DNA of 41,351 nucleotides from positions 1 through 41,351 of the IMG/VR virus record IMGVR_UViG_3300020402_000161. One strand, given 5' to 3'. Under the pieces are notes generated by a model that ran no database searches, was not told where the DNA came from, and was given only the letters and a program-made list of their open reading frames with translations. Below are positions 15,391 to 24,904 of this stretch, in pieces; position 1 is the first letter of the stretch, and every line of letters begins with the position of its first letter. This stretch comes from a virus. Taxonomy: Duplodnaviria; Caudoviricetes. The position numbers and the translations under genes were made by a program.

Positions 15391-17242
15391 TTCTAACTGG
15401 CTACCACCAGAAAATCTACCTGATTTATCAGGGGCCAAGGTGATAGGTTTAGATGTTGAGACTTGCGATCCTAATCTATTAACAAATGGACCAGGAGGAG
15501 TAAGAAATGACGGTAAACTTGTGGGAATCTCAGTTGCAACGGACACTGGTTTTAAAGGATATTTCCCCATCGCTCACGAAGGGGGAGATAACCTTGACAA
15601 TAACGCTGTCCTCAGATGGGCCCGAGCTACGCTCGGAGGAACACAAACTAAGGTTGGAGCAAATCTGCTCTACGATCTTGAATGGCTTAGGCAAGCGGGG
15701 ATCGACGTTAAAGGAGATCTCAGAGATATACAAGTTGCCGAACCACTCTTAGATGAAGAGAAAAATGGAGGTTATAGTCTTGCTAACTTGTCTAAGTTTT
15801 ATCTTAACAAAGACAAAGATGAAACACTATTGCGAGAAGCAGCACAGGCATTTGGTGTCGATCCAAAGGGTGGTTTATGGAAACTACCTGCTAGGTATGT
15901 CGGCCCGTACGCAGAGGCTGATGCTGCTCTTCCACTAGAGATATATAAGTTGCAAGAGAAGAAAATAAAAGAGCAAGGCTTATGGGATATATTCGACCTC
16001 GAGTCTAGGTTACTTAATATGACACTAGATATGAGGTTTAAAGGTGTCAGAATAGATGTAGACAAAGCTGAACAATTAAATGAAAAGTTATTGAGTGAAG
16101 AAGCTGAGCTGCTTGTTGCATTGAGAAAGGAATGCGGTACCGTAGTAGAGCCATGGTCAGCAGACGAGCTAAGCAAGGCTTTTAATTCACTTGATATATG
16201 GTTCCCTCGTACTGCGAAGGGAAACCCTTCCTTCACTAGTGACTGGCTCAATAGTCATGAGCATCCGTTTGCTAAGAAGATCGCTGACTGGCGAAAGATA
16301 AATAAGATGAGGCGAGACTTTATTGAGGGTATCTGTCTCAAGCAGCAGCACAACGGACGTATTCATGCGCAGTTTCACGCGTTGAGGAAGGACGCTGATG
16401 GTACTCGGACGGGTAGGTTCTCCTCCTCTACCCCGAACTTGCAACAGATACCTGCAAGAGATGAGTACTGGGGTCCACTTGTACGTTCACTTTTCCTTCC
16501 TGATGAGGGCTGCAAGTGGGCCTGCTTAGATTATAGTCAGCAGGAACCTAGAGTCTTAGTACATTATGCTAACTTACGTAAGCTCAGTGGTGCAGACAAG
16601 GTTGTAGCAGAGTACAACGAGAATGCTGATACTGATTTCCACGAGATAGTTGCTGAGATGGCTGGCATACCTCGTAAACAAGCTAAGGTTATAAACCTTG
16701 GTATGTTTTATGGCATGGGTATTTATAGACTAGCACAACAACTTGATATGGAACAAGCAGACGCAAAGCCTATCTTTGAGCAGTATCATAGTCGTGTACC
16801 GTTTGTAAGACAACTCATGTATGAGTGTACACAATCAGCTAATAACAAAGGATATATAAGAACATTACTAGGTAGACATAGACATTTTGATTTGTTTGAG
16901 CCAGCTGATAGTAGAAACACATGGCCAAACAGAGAGACTCCATTAGGTAGAGATGCTGCAATGGAGGTATGGAAGGATAGACCATTACGTAGATCCTTCA
17001 CACATAAGGCACTTAATGCTTTGATACAAGGCAGCAGTGCTGATATGACAAAGAAAGCAATGCTTGATTTATATGATGATGGTATTATACCTCATATAAC
17101 GGTACATGATGAGCTTGATTTTTCCGTCACTGATGGGTTACAAGCCGATAAATATCGTGATATAATGGAACATTGTGTAGAATTAACCGTCCCACTTAAA
17201 GTTGATGTTGAGATAGGCAGCAACTGGGGTGACATAAAATAG
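15362..17242 (+). CDS. polA: Family A DNA polymerase with 3'-5' exonuclease
   Basis: Exonuclease LDVET, YDL, YAEAD. TGRFSS..PNLQQIP. Motif A DYSQQEPR, motif B KVINLGMFYG, motif C VHDE. Confidence 0.96.
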   Translation: MDQLSFLRPDSNWLPPENLPDLSGAKVIGLDVETCDPNLLTNGPGGVRNDGKLVGISVATDTGFKGYFPIAHEGGDNLDNNAVLRWARATLGGTQTKVGANLLYDLEWLRQAGIDVKGDLRDIQVAEPLLDEEKNGGYSLANLSKFYLNKDKDETLLREAAQAFGVDPKGGLWKLPARYVGPYAEADAALPLEIYKLQEKKIKEQGLWDIFDLESRLLNMTLDMRFKGVRIDVDKAEQLNEKLLSEEAELLVALRKECGTVVEPWSADELSKAFNSLDIWFPRTAKGNPSFTSDWLNSHEHPFAKKIADWRKINKMRRDFIEGICLKQQHNGRIHAQFHALRKDADGTRTGRFSSSTPNLQQIPARDEYWGPLVRSLFLPDEGCKWACLDYSQQEPRVLVHYANLRKLSGADKVVAEYNENADTDFHEIVAEMAGIPRKQAKVINLGMFYGMGIYRLAQQLDMEQADAKPIFEQYHSRVPFVRQLMYECTQSANNKGYIRTLLGRHRHFDLFEPADSRNTWPNRETPLGRDAAMEVWKDRPLRRSFTHKALNALIQGSSADMTKKAMLDLYDDGIIPHITVHDELDFSVTDGLQADKYRDIMEHCVELTVPLKVDVEIGSNWGDIK

Positions 17243-17255
17243 AAAGGAGAAAGTC

Positions 17256-17579
17256 ATGTGGTTATATACTAATCAAGGTCACCTGTCTGTAGTCGAAGAC
17301 AAGAATGACCGTACACGCGTACTTGTAAGAGCAAGGAATCAAGATGCATTAGCTGCATTCTCAGATTACTCTGTCTACTATACGCCTAAATCAGACTACA
17401 AATACAGAGTCAACATAAGCAAGAACCATTTTGAACAATGGTTTATTAATTATGTACAGACTATGAATTATACTAATTTTAAAGACAACCTATATACGGT
17501 TGGCATGGGCGAAGAGGAACGTATGGTATTCTATACGGTCTATCAATGCGCATTAAAGCTGGAGGAGATAGATGACTGA
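17256..17579 (+). CDS. Hypothetical phage protein
   Basis: 107 aa, AGAAAGGAG SD. MW..T..G..SVV, VRAR, DYKYR and YTNFK patterns. Confidence 0.75.
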   Translation: MWLYTNQGHLSVVEDKNDRTRVLVRARNQDALAAFSDYSVYYTPKSDYKYRVNISKNHFEQWFINYVQTMNYTNFKDNLYTVGMGEEERMVFYTVYQCALKLEEIDD

Positions 17580-17979
17580 AGCTCAACTCTGGCAGTTAGT
17601 AAAACGTAATGTAGAAGGACACCTGGTCCGGATAGAAAATACGTCTGGATCAGGTACTCCTGACGTACATGGCTGCAGCCGTGGACAAGACATGTGGATA
17701 GAATTAAAACTTGCCAAAGGTAGATGGTTACATTTTAGATCAAGCCAGTTAGCTTGGTTTGCAAAGAGACAAGGTGCCGGTGGTAAGGTTAGAATATTAT
17801 TTAGAAAATTAGATGAGATATATATTACTAGTGCTGATGAGATACTAAAGCTAATTGATCAAGCCGTACCTAATAAAGATAAGAGCGTACGTTTTCCGAT
17901 TGAAATAATTCCCTCGCAAAAATTTTTTAAACCATGGGATTGGAGTGTAATCCGCAATAATCTTTTTTCTGTACACTAA
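17572..17979 (+). CDS. VRR-NUC/Holliday junction resolvase-like PD-(D/E)xK nuclease
   Basis: E..LW, RIEN..GSGTPD, WIELK, QLAW. Confidence 0.8.
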   Translation: MTEAQLWQLVKRNVEGHLVRIENTSGSGTPDVHGCSRGQDMWIELKLAKGRWLHFRSSQLAWFAKRQGAGGKVRILFRKLDEIYITSADEILKLIDQAVPNKDKSVRFPIEIIPSQKFFKPWDWSVIRNNLFSVH

Positions 17980-17999
17980 TGATAATAATAATATATAAT
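17970..17999 (+). promoter_or_regulatory. Sigma70-type promoter for the SSB/primase/helicase genes
   Basis: TGTACA-18 bp-TATAAT, then AGAAAGGAG SD. Confidence 0.6.
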
Positions 18000-18022
18000 G
18001 TTCTTTAGAAAGGAGAATCAGT

Positions 18023-18343
18023 ATGCAAGGTAAAGTGTATGTTATACAAGAAGCAGCAAATCGTAATTTGATACCTGCCTCTGTATACGGTGAGATCACG
18101 GTATTACTACCACCGGGTCAAGTTGCTTTTAGTACTGCGCCGACACTTAGACGACTGCGTGATAAGCTCAGGTCATTTAATGACAATGATTACTTATTAT
18201 TGATGGGTGATCCAGCTGCTATTAGTATGGCATCTGTTATTGCAGCCAATAATAATAATGGTCGATGGAAATTATTGAAATGGGATAAGCAGGAACAGCA
18301 GTACTATGTTGTTAAGGTAGATATATATTCGAAAGGAGAATGA
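18023..18343 (+). CDS. Hypothetical protein
   Basis: 106 aa with DYLLLMGDP and LKWD motifs and a strong SD. Confidence 0.8.
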   Translation: MQGKVYVIQEAANRNLIPASVYGEITVLLPPGQVAFSTAPTLRRLRDKLRSFNDNDYLLLMGDPAAISMASVIAANNNNGRWKLLKWDKQEQQYYVVKVDIYSKGE

Positions 18344-18344
18344 T

Positions 18345-18860
18345 ATGGACGTTACGAACGACCAGTTGCAGCAAGTATCAGCGCTTGCTGAGATACAACG
18401 TAAGTTAGAAGCTGAAGTAAAAAAGAAAGAAGAAAGTCTGAAAGAAACAAAGCAGCAATTAAAGAAAGTATCTGAGGTAGATATTCCTGAAGCATTAGCT
18501 GAGTGTGGTCTTTCAGAAATTAAATTAACTGATGGTACTAAAGTGTCTGTTAGTACTTATTACTCTGCTAGTATTCCTAAAGATAAGATTGATGAAGCAT
18601 TAGACTGGTTGCGTAATAACAATCATGGTGATCTAATTAAAAATACCGTGTCGATAGATTATGCTCGTGGCGAGGACAACGCTGCTGAGAAGATGAAGCA
18701 AGATCTACGTACACAAGGTCAGTCATTCACTGACAAAACAGGTGTTCACCCACAAACGCTTAAAGCATTTGTAAGGGAACAAACCGAGTCTGGAAAGAAC
18801 CTGCCCCTTGACTTACTCGGTGCACATATTGGGCAGAAAACCATCATAAAGGAGGTATAG
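18345..18860 (+). CDS. Hypothetical replication-module protein with an N-terminal coiled coil
   Basis: 171 aa with WLRNNNHGDLIK and VHPQTLKAFVRE. Confidence 0.8.
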   Translation: MDVTNDQLQQVSALAEIQRKLEAEVKKKEESLKETKQQLKKVSEVDIPEALAECGLSEIKLTDGTKVSVSTYYSASIPKDKIDEALDWLRNNNHGDLIKNTVSIDYARGEDNAAEKMKQDLRTQGQSFTDKTGVHPQTLKAFVREQTESGKNLPLDLLGAHIGQKTIIKEV

Positions 18861-18863
18861 ATT

Positions 18864-19601
18864 ATGGCTCGTAATCTAACAGAAAAGAAAGAGCAGCTTC
18901 CTAGTGTGATTGATTTCTCACAGGACGCCTCTGATGGACTTGCTGATTTAACAGCACAAGACTACGCGATACCTTATCTCGTGCTCTTGCAAAAAATGAG
19001 TCCTCAACTTGACACACACGACGTAAAAGCAGGTCAGATATGGAACACGGTTACTGAACAAGCAGTTGACTCGTTGACCGTTGTGCCATGTGCTTACAAT
19101 CGTAACTTTGTTGAGTGGGTACCAAGAGACCAGGGCGGAGGATTAGTTGCAGTACATCAAGCAACTAGTTTACCTGAACACTCTAAGGTCGACACTAAGC
19201 TAATTACTAAGGCTGGTAATTTACTTGTCGAAACAGCTAATCATTTTGTTATTACAATAAGTGATGCTGGTATGGACAAGGGTTTAATCACCATGACTAG
19301 TACTCAGCTTAAAAAGAATAGACGTTGGAATAGTCTCATGGCCGGTCTTAAGATGAAGAACGGCGATGGAAAATTGTACACGCCTGCTCGATACTCACAT
19401 AGCTACAAGCTGAAATCCATTCAAGAAAAGAATGAACAAGGCACGTGGTATGGTTGGGATATTGAAATGGTTGGTCCACTATCTGATCAAGGTATTTATG
19501 CGACAGCTAAAGACTTTGCATCTCAAGTAAATAGTGGTGCTGTACAAGCAGGTCCACCTATTCAAGACCCAGCAACTAACCCTAATTCAGACGACTTCTA
19601 A
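18864..19601 (+). CDS. Putative single-stranded DNA-binding protein
   Basis: 245 aa. IPYL.LLQ.MSPQ, aromatic GTWYGW, acidic tail ending SDDF, upstream of primase. Function is inferred. Confidence 0.55.
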   Translation: MARNLTEKKEQLPSVIDFSQDASDGLADLTAQDYAIPYLVLLQKMSPQLDTHDVKAGQIWNTVTEQAVDSLTVVPCAYNRNFVEWVPRDQGGGLVAVHQATSLPEHSKVDTKLITKAGNLLVETANHFVITISDAGMDKGLITMTSTQLKKNRRWNSLMAGLKMKNGDGKLYTPARYSHSYKLKSIQEKNEQGTWYGWDIEMVGPLSDQGIYATAKDFASQVNSGAVQAGPPIQDPATNPNSDDF

Positions 19602-19608
19602 TTGGGGA

Positions 19609-19630
19609 TGGGGAGGCTTCGGTCTCCCCA
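19609..19630 (+). promoter_or_regulatory. cUUCGg hairpin between the putative SSB and primase genes
   Basis: TGGGGAGGC-TTCG-GTCTCCCCA, no U tract, 9 nt upstream of the primase ATG. Confidence 0.6.
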
Positions 19631-19639
19631 CTGCTGCTT

Positions 19640-21124
19640 ATGTATAAAGAGTTCATGACATTATTTGAGGGCTTACTAAGAGCTCATGGCACCTACGAGA
19701 TCAAGGGTGAAAGAGCTGATGGTAAGAAACAAGGTAAGGCTACTACCGTTCGGGAAGATGTAACTCCTGAGAAGTGGCAAGCACACCTTGATGGTAAAAC
19801 TGGTATTGGTATTATACCAATCAACGACGATAGCAATTGTAAGTTTGGTGCTATCGATGTAGATCAATATGATGGCCTTGATCTTAAGGCAATAAATAAT
19901 AAACTAAAAGAATATAAGTTACCGTTGTTTCCTTGTATGTCTAAATCAGGTGGAGTTCATTTGTATTTGTTTACAACTGACTGGGTACCTGCTGAAGCTA
20001 TGCAAAATAAATTAAGAGATATAGCTGCTGCACTAGGCTTTGGTGGTAGTGAGATATTTCCTAAACAAGCATACATACTAGCAGACAGAGGTGATGTAGG
20101 TCAGTGGATTAACATGCCATACTTTGGCAATGAGAGAACATGCAATGGTATGGACGCAGCTAAGTTTGCTCAAGCTGCTATGCTTAATAGACTGACACCA
20201 GATGACTTTAACAAATTAAAAATAAAACAACCAGAGTCTGACTTTGACGATGGACCACCATGCTTGCAGCATCTATCAGCACAAGGTTTTCCACAAGGTA
20301 CACGCAACAATGGTTTATTTAATGTAGCTGTGTACTGCCGTAAGAGAGATCCAGACAACTGGCAAAGAGATATGGAGAAACTAAATGCAAAACTTATGGA
20401 TCCACCGTTATCGAGCTCAGAGGTTCAGGGGGTTATTAAATCGGCGTCGCGTAAGGACTACCAATTCACCTGTTCCAAGGCGCCCATTGCACCGTATTGT
20501 AATGCTGCTGTTTGTAAGTTGCGTAAGTTCGGTATTGATGGGAGTAATGATTTACCTGCTATTCATTCTCTTACAAAGTTTAATACTAACCCACCTATAT
20601 GGTTTCTAGACATTGACGGAGGAGGTAGATTAGAATTAGAAACGGACGACCTTCAGAATCAACGCAGGTTCCAACGTAAGTGTATGGAGAAATTAAATAC
20701 CATGCCGAACAAAATGAGTGACCAAGCATGGACTAAACTTATAAACCATTTATTAGAAAATTTAACCATTGTTGAGGCACCCGCAGATGCAAGTCCAATA
20801 GGGCAGCTGTTCGAGCACCTGGAACGTTTTGTCACAGGCAGAGTACAGGCCAAGAATCGTGATGAATTACTACTTGGTAAGCCATTTACAGACGAGTCTA
20901 AGCACTACTTTAGAATATCAGACTTCATGGCTTATCTAGATCGTATGCACTTCAGAGATTATAAGGTACACCAAGTTACTTCCATATTAAAACAGAATGA
21001 AGCTGAGCATCACTTCTTTAATTGTAAAGGTAAAGGCGTTAACTGCTGGTCAGTACCACTATTCCAAAAAGCACAAGGTGATTTTGACACACCAGATGTA
21101 GGAGAAGACAATGAGCTCTTCTAA
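19640..21124 (+). CDS. Archaeo-eukaryotic primase (AEP) with PriCT-like domain
   Basis: FGAIDVD (DxD), SKSGGVHLY, INMPYF, PPCL, GTRNNGLF. Confidence 0.82.
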   Translation: MYKEFMTLFEGLLRAHGTYEIKGERADGKKQGKATTVREDVTPEKWQAHLDGKTGIGIIPINDDSNCKFGAIDVDQYDGLDLKAINNKLKEYKLPLFPCMSKSGGVHLYLFTTDWVPAEAMQNKLRDIAAALGFGGSEIFPKQAYILADRGDVGQWINMPYFGNERTCNGMDAAKFAQAAMLNRLTPDDFNKLKIKQPESDFDDGPPCLQHLSAQGFPQGTRNNGLFNVAVYCRKRDPDNWQRDMEKLNAKLMDPPLSSSEVQGVIKSASRKDYQFTCSKAPIAPYCNAAVCKLRKFGIDGSNDLPAIHSLTKFNTNPPIWFLDIDGGGRLELETDDLQNQRRFQRKCMEKLNTMPNKMSDQAWTKLINHLLENLTIVEAPADASPIGQLFEHLERFVTGRVQAKNRDELLLGKPFTDESKHYFRISDFMAYLDRMHFRDYKVHQVTSILKQNEAEHHFFNCKGKGVNCWSVPLFQKAQGDFDTPDVGEDNELF

Positions 21125-22577
21125 TTGGAATATAGTGTTTGGTCCACCTGGTACAGGTAAGACTACCTTTGGTATGAAGTTTATCGAAGATCAATTAGAG
21201 AAAGGCATTGATCCTAGTACAATAGGTTATATAGCATTTACTAGAAAAGCAGCTAATGAAGCTAAGGAACGTGCACAAGAAAAATTTAACTTAACAGATG
21301 AGGATCTATTATATTTTAGAACCATACATAGTTTATGCTTTATGCAGCTAGGTATGAACCCATCAGGCATTATGCAAAAGCCACACTTCGTAGAGTTAGG
21401 TAAACTACTAGGGGTAGAGGTTACAGGTATGGGTCTCATGAATGAAGAAGCATATAACTTATCTATGCCTATAGGTGATAGGTTATTCTTCTTAGATAAT
21501 TTATCCCGCATTACTAGGACCACTCTAAAAGATGTCTATAACAATACGGTTGATGATGACTTAAACTATGATCAGCTTGTTATAGCATCTAAGACATTAC
21601 GTGATTATAAAAAGAAACACAAGCTCAAAGACTTTACTGACTTGCTTGATGAATGGTTAGTCAAGGGTAGTGTACCTAGATTAAACTCTCTGTTTGTAGA
21701 TGAAGCACAAGACTTATCTAAACTACAATGGGAAGTAGTACAAAAGATAGGTGAGCACGTACCACTTAAATATGCAGCAGGCGACGATGATCAAGCTATA
21801 TATCGATGGGCTGGTGCAGCAGTAGATGAGTTTATAAATTTACCTGGTGATAAACAAGTATTATCTAAATCATATCGTATACCTGAAGTAGTACATACCA
21901 TGGCTACTGACTTACTAAAGAATATAGGTAAGCGACAACCAAAGAAGTTTGCACACAATGGGAACAAAGGTTCGTGCAGCTATTACTATGGTGCTGAAGA
22001 CATAGACATGAGTAAAGGTACATGGCTATGTTTAGGACGTAACGCTTATCTATTAAAAGAGTATGAGAGAATTTGTGAGGTAAATGGTTTTCCTTACGAA
22101 TCACCTAGTCGTAAACCCTTGCAGTCAGCTACACTTAGAGCTATAAAAGACTGGACTAAGTTAGGTAAGGGTGAAACCATAGTGGGTAAGCGTTTAAAAA
22201 CTATACGTAGATTCCATGGTTTTAAAATGAAGATAGATGACGAGCGAGTATATACACTAGCAGATCTACCAGTGTCTTATGATGAATGGTACGACGCCTT
22301 TACTCGTATCGATCCTAAGTTAAGAGAATACTTCTTAGCTGCTCGTAGACAAGGTGAAACATTAAATAAACCTAGAATATTAATCAACACTATCCACGGA
22401 GTAAAAGGTGGTGAAGCAGATCATGTAGCTATTATGACTGACATGGCAGCAAGATCACATAGATATATGGAGATGTTTCCTGATGACGAGCATCGAGTGT
22501 TCTATGTGGCTCTGACGCGCGCAAAAGAGTCAATTCATATCATTTCGCCTAACTCCCGCTTATTTTATGAAATTTAA
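21111..22577 (+). CDS. UvrD/Rep-like SF1 helicase
   Basis: GPPGTGKT, AFTRKAA, DEAQD, GDDDQAIY, TIHGVKGGE, YVALTRA. Confidence 0.93.
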   Translation: MSSSNWNIVFGPPGTGKTTFGMKFIEDQLEKGIDPSTIGYIAFTRKAANEAKERAQEKFNLTDEDLLYFRTIHSLCFMQLGMNPSGIMQKPHFVELGKLLGVEVTGMGLMNEEAYNLSMPIGDRLFFLDNLSRITRTTLKDVYNNTVDDDLNYDQLVIASKTLRDYKKKHKLKDFTDLLDEWLVKGSVPRLNSLFVDEAQDLSKLQWEVVQKIGEHVPLKYAAGDDDQAIYRWAGAAVDEFINLPGDKQVLSKSYRIPEVVHTMATDLLKNIGKRQPKKFAHNGNKGSCSYYYGAEDIDMSKGTWLCLGRNAYLLKEYERICEVNGFPYESPSRKPLQSATLRAIKDWTKLGKGETIVGKRLKTIRRFHGFKMKIDDERVYTLADLPVSYDEWYDAFTRIDPKLREYFLAARRQGETLNKPRILINTIHGVKGGEADHVAIMTDMAARSHRYMEMFPDDEHRVFYVALTRAKESIHIISPNSRLFYEI

Positions 22578-22611
22578 GCTCCTAGGATGGCCAGAGATTG
22601 CGGAGAAAAAT

Positions 22612-24060
22612 ATGACCCATAGTAACATATACCCATTTAAGACCCGTCCCTACGCTCATCAGAGGAAGGCCTGGGAGCTTTCACGCGAAAAGGACGAATT
22701 TGCTCTGTTTATGGACATGGGTACTGGTAAGTCTAAGGTAATAATAGACACCATTGCCTGGTTATACGACAAAGGGCGGATTGATTCTGCTCTGATAGTA
22801 GCACCTAAAGGTGTTTATCAGAATTGGATTAGAAACGAGATACCAACACACTTGCCAGACCACATAGTAACACAGCAAGCTGCATGGTATTCATCACCAA
22901 AGAAAGATCAAGAGAAAGCTATAAAAAACATTTTAACACCAACACACGACTTACGTATCTTTGTAATGAATGTTGAAGCATTCAGTACTAGTAAGGGAGT
23001 AAAGTTTGCTGAATCATTTATGAGATGTGCTGGTAAGTGTATGATGATTGTAGATGAATCCACTACTATCAAATCACCTAAAGCTAGCAGGACTAAAAGT
23101 ATTATACGTATAGGTATACAAGCAAAGTATAGACGTATACTTACTGGTGAGCCAGTGACTCGTAGTCCACTAGACTTATATACTCAGTTTCAATTCTTAA
23201 ATCCTGTCTGTCTAGGTTTTAGCAGCTACTATAGTTTTAGAAACAGATATAGTATTATGATTGATATGAAAGCTGGTACTCGTACATTTAAGAAAGTTGT
23301 AGGGTTCCAGAGACTAGATGAGTTATCCAATCAAATTAAAGCATTCTGTTATAGGATTAAGAAAGAAGATTGTTTAGATCTACCACCTAAGACCTATGTA
23401 TATAGAGATATAGAGCTTACACCAGAGCAAAAGAAAGTGTATAAGTCTATTTCAGATAATGCTATTGCTTTCTTAGATGGTAAGGTACTTAGTGTTGATA
23501 ACGCTTTGACAGCATTGTTAAGGCTGCATCAAGTTACTTGTGGTCATTATACATCAGACGACGATGAAATAGTAGAGGTACCTAATAATAGAATAGCAGA
23601 GTTATTACAGGTATTAGAAGAAGGTCCAGACAAAGTAATTATTTGGGCTACATATATTCAAGATATAATGGCCATAACCAAAGCAATACGAAAGGAGTAT
23701 GGCGATGAAAGTATTGTGCAATACTATGGTGCTGTTAGTGTAGATGAACGTAATGAAGCTATTGAAAGATTTCAAAAAGATCCTGATACCAGATTCTTCG
23801 TTGGAAATCCTCAGACGGGTTCTATGGGTATCACACTTACTGCTGCTAGTGCAGTGGTGTACTATTCTAATAGTTATAACTTAGAACATAGACTCCAGTC
23901 AGAAGATAGAGCACACAGAATAGGTCAAGATAAGAATGTATTATATGTTGATTTAAGATGTAAGGGTACGGTTGACGAGAAGATTATTAAAGCATTAAAG
24001 TCTAAGAAGAATATTGCTCAACAAATTATGGGTGATGACTGGCGTGCTTGGTTAAGCTAG
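22612..24060 (+). CDS. SNF2-family SF2 helicase
   Basis: DMGTGKS, IVDES, LTGEP, GITLT, QSEDRAHRIGQ. Start moved to ATG 22612 (GGAG SD). Confidence 0.92.
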   Translation: MTHSNIYPFKTRPYAHQRKAWELSREKDEFALFMDMGTGKSKVIIDTIAWLYDKGRIDSALIVAPKGVYQNWIRNEIPTHLPDHIVTQQAAWYSSPKKDQEKAIKNILTPTHDLRIFVMNVEAFSTSKGVKFAESFMRCAGKCMMIVDESTTIKSPKASRTKSIIRIGIQAKYRRILTGEPVTRSPLDLYTQFQFLNPVCLGFSSYYSFRNRYSIMIDMKAGTRTFKKVVGFQRLDELSNQIKAFCYRIKKEDCLDLPPKTYVYRDIELTPEQKKVYKSISDNAIAFLDGKVLSVDNALTALLRLHQVTCGHYTSDDDEIVEVPNNRIAELLQVLEEGPDKVIIWATYIQDIMAITKAIRKEYGDESIVQYYGAVSVDERNEAIERFQKDPDTRFFVGNPQTGSMGITLTAASAVVYYSNSYNLEHRLQSEDRAHRIGQDKNVLYVDLRCKGTVDEKIIKALKSKKNIAQQIMGDDWRAWLS

Positions 24061-24501
24061 TTCAAAGTGAGGTGCATCGATAAATGGTCTCTTACCTTGT
24101 CCTCGTCTTAGATCAACATAAGCATTCATTGCTGCTTCCATTGATTGATCCCAGTCACGTATGTCAGGTATCTGCCAAGCAGCTCCCCAACGTATACCAA
24201 CACCTAGGTCTTGTGCAGCAGACTTAAAAGCATCTGCTATATCATCATACACATTTAGTTCCCAGGTTATTCTAGATCCTACGTAAGCTACTACGTCAAC
24301 AGCATTACCTTCAAGATGCTTGCTGTTCATGGTCTGAGATGCACCACTATCTACTAGTGCTTGTTGTTCTTCACGTGTTCTCATACCACAAGTCACACCA
24401 AAATCTATATTAGTTATCTTGATAGCTTTTTCTACCACGCTAACTAATTCTTTATTTACACCTATAAGTCTTGCTGATGACGTCGAGCTTAGTTTAAACA
24501 T
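24052..24501 (-). CDS. Endolysin, M15 family L-Ala-D-Glu peptidase-like
   Basis: GMRT.EEQ, SKHLEGNAVD, IRWG, DAPHFEL zinc-peptidase motifs. Confidence 0.9.
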   Translation of the reverse strand: MFKLSSTSSARLIGVNKELVSVVEKAIKITNIDFGVTCGMRTREEQQALVDSGASQTMNSKHLEGNAVDVVAYVGSRITWELNVYDDIADAFKSAAQDLGVGIRWGAAWQIPDIRDWDQSMEAAMNAYVDLRRGQGKRPFIDAPHFELA

Positions 24502-24896
24502 TATTTAGTTATCCCTTTATATTTCTCGAATGTACGTAAACCACCTAGACCTAACATACCCATCAGAACCGTTAGCAAACTACCCATATCAAAGTCAGGT
24601 AGTGCTGGCATGTCTAGACCAAAGTAAGCAGAAAAGAACATTATGAATGGCGCTATAACAAAGTGCCAAGCTAATGCTACACCACAAGTCCAACCTATAA
24701 ATGGTCGCCAACCTGCAACAAAGATAGACTTATGTCCTGCCTCTGCTTTGTTTATTTCTAATTGTCCTTTAGCTAGTTCTTGAGCGTGCTTCTCAGCCAT
24801 AGTACTTAGCTCATGTGCTAGCTTTGCTTTCTGATCTTTATCCTCGATAAACTTATCGAGCAAACTTGTTACTGGACCGATTAATGCTGTTAACAT
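24501..24896 (-). CDS. Holin (3TM-holin-like)
   Basis: FVAGWRPFIGW and LMGMLGLGGLRTFEK, hydrophobic helices, adjacent to the endolysin. Confidence 0.85.
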   Translation of the reverse strand: MLTALIGPVTSLLDKFIEDKDQKAKLAHELSTMAEKHAQELAKGQLEINKAEAGHKSIFVAGWRPFIGWTCGVALAWHFVIAPFIMFFSAYFGLDMPALPDFDMGSLLTVLMGMLGLGGLRTFEKYKGITK

Positions 24897-24904
24897 AGCA
24901 CCTC

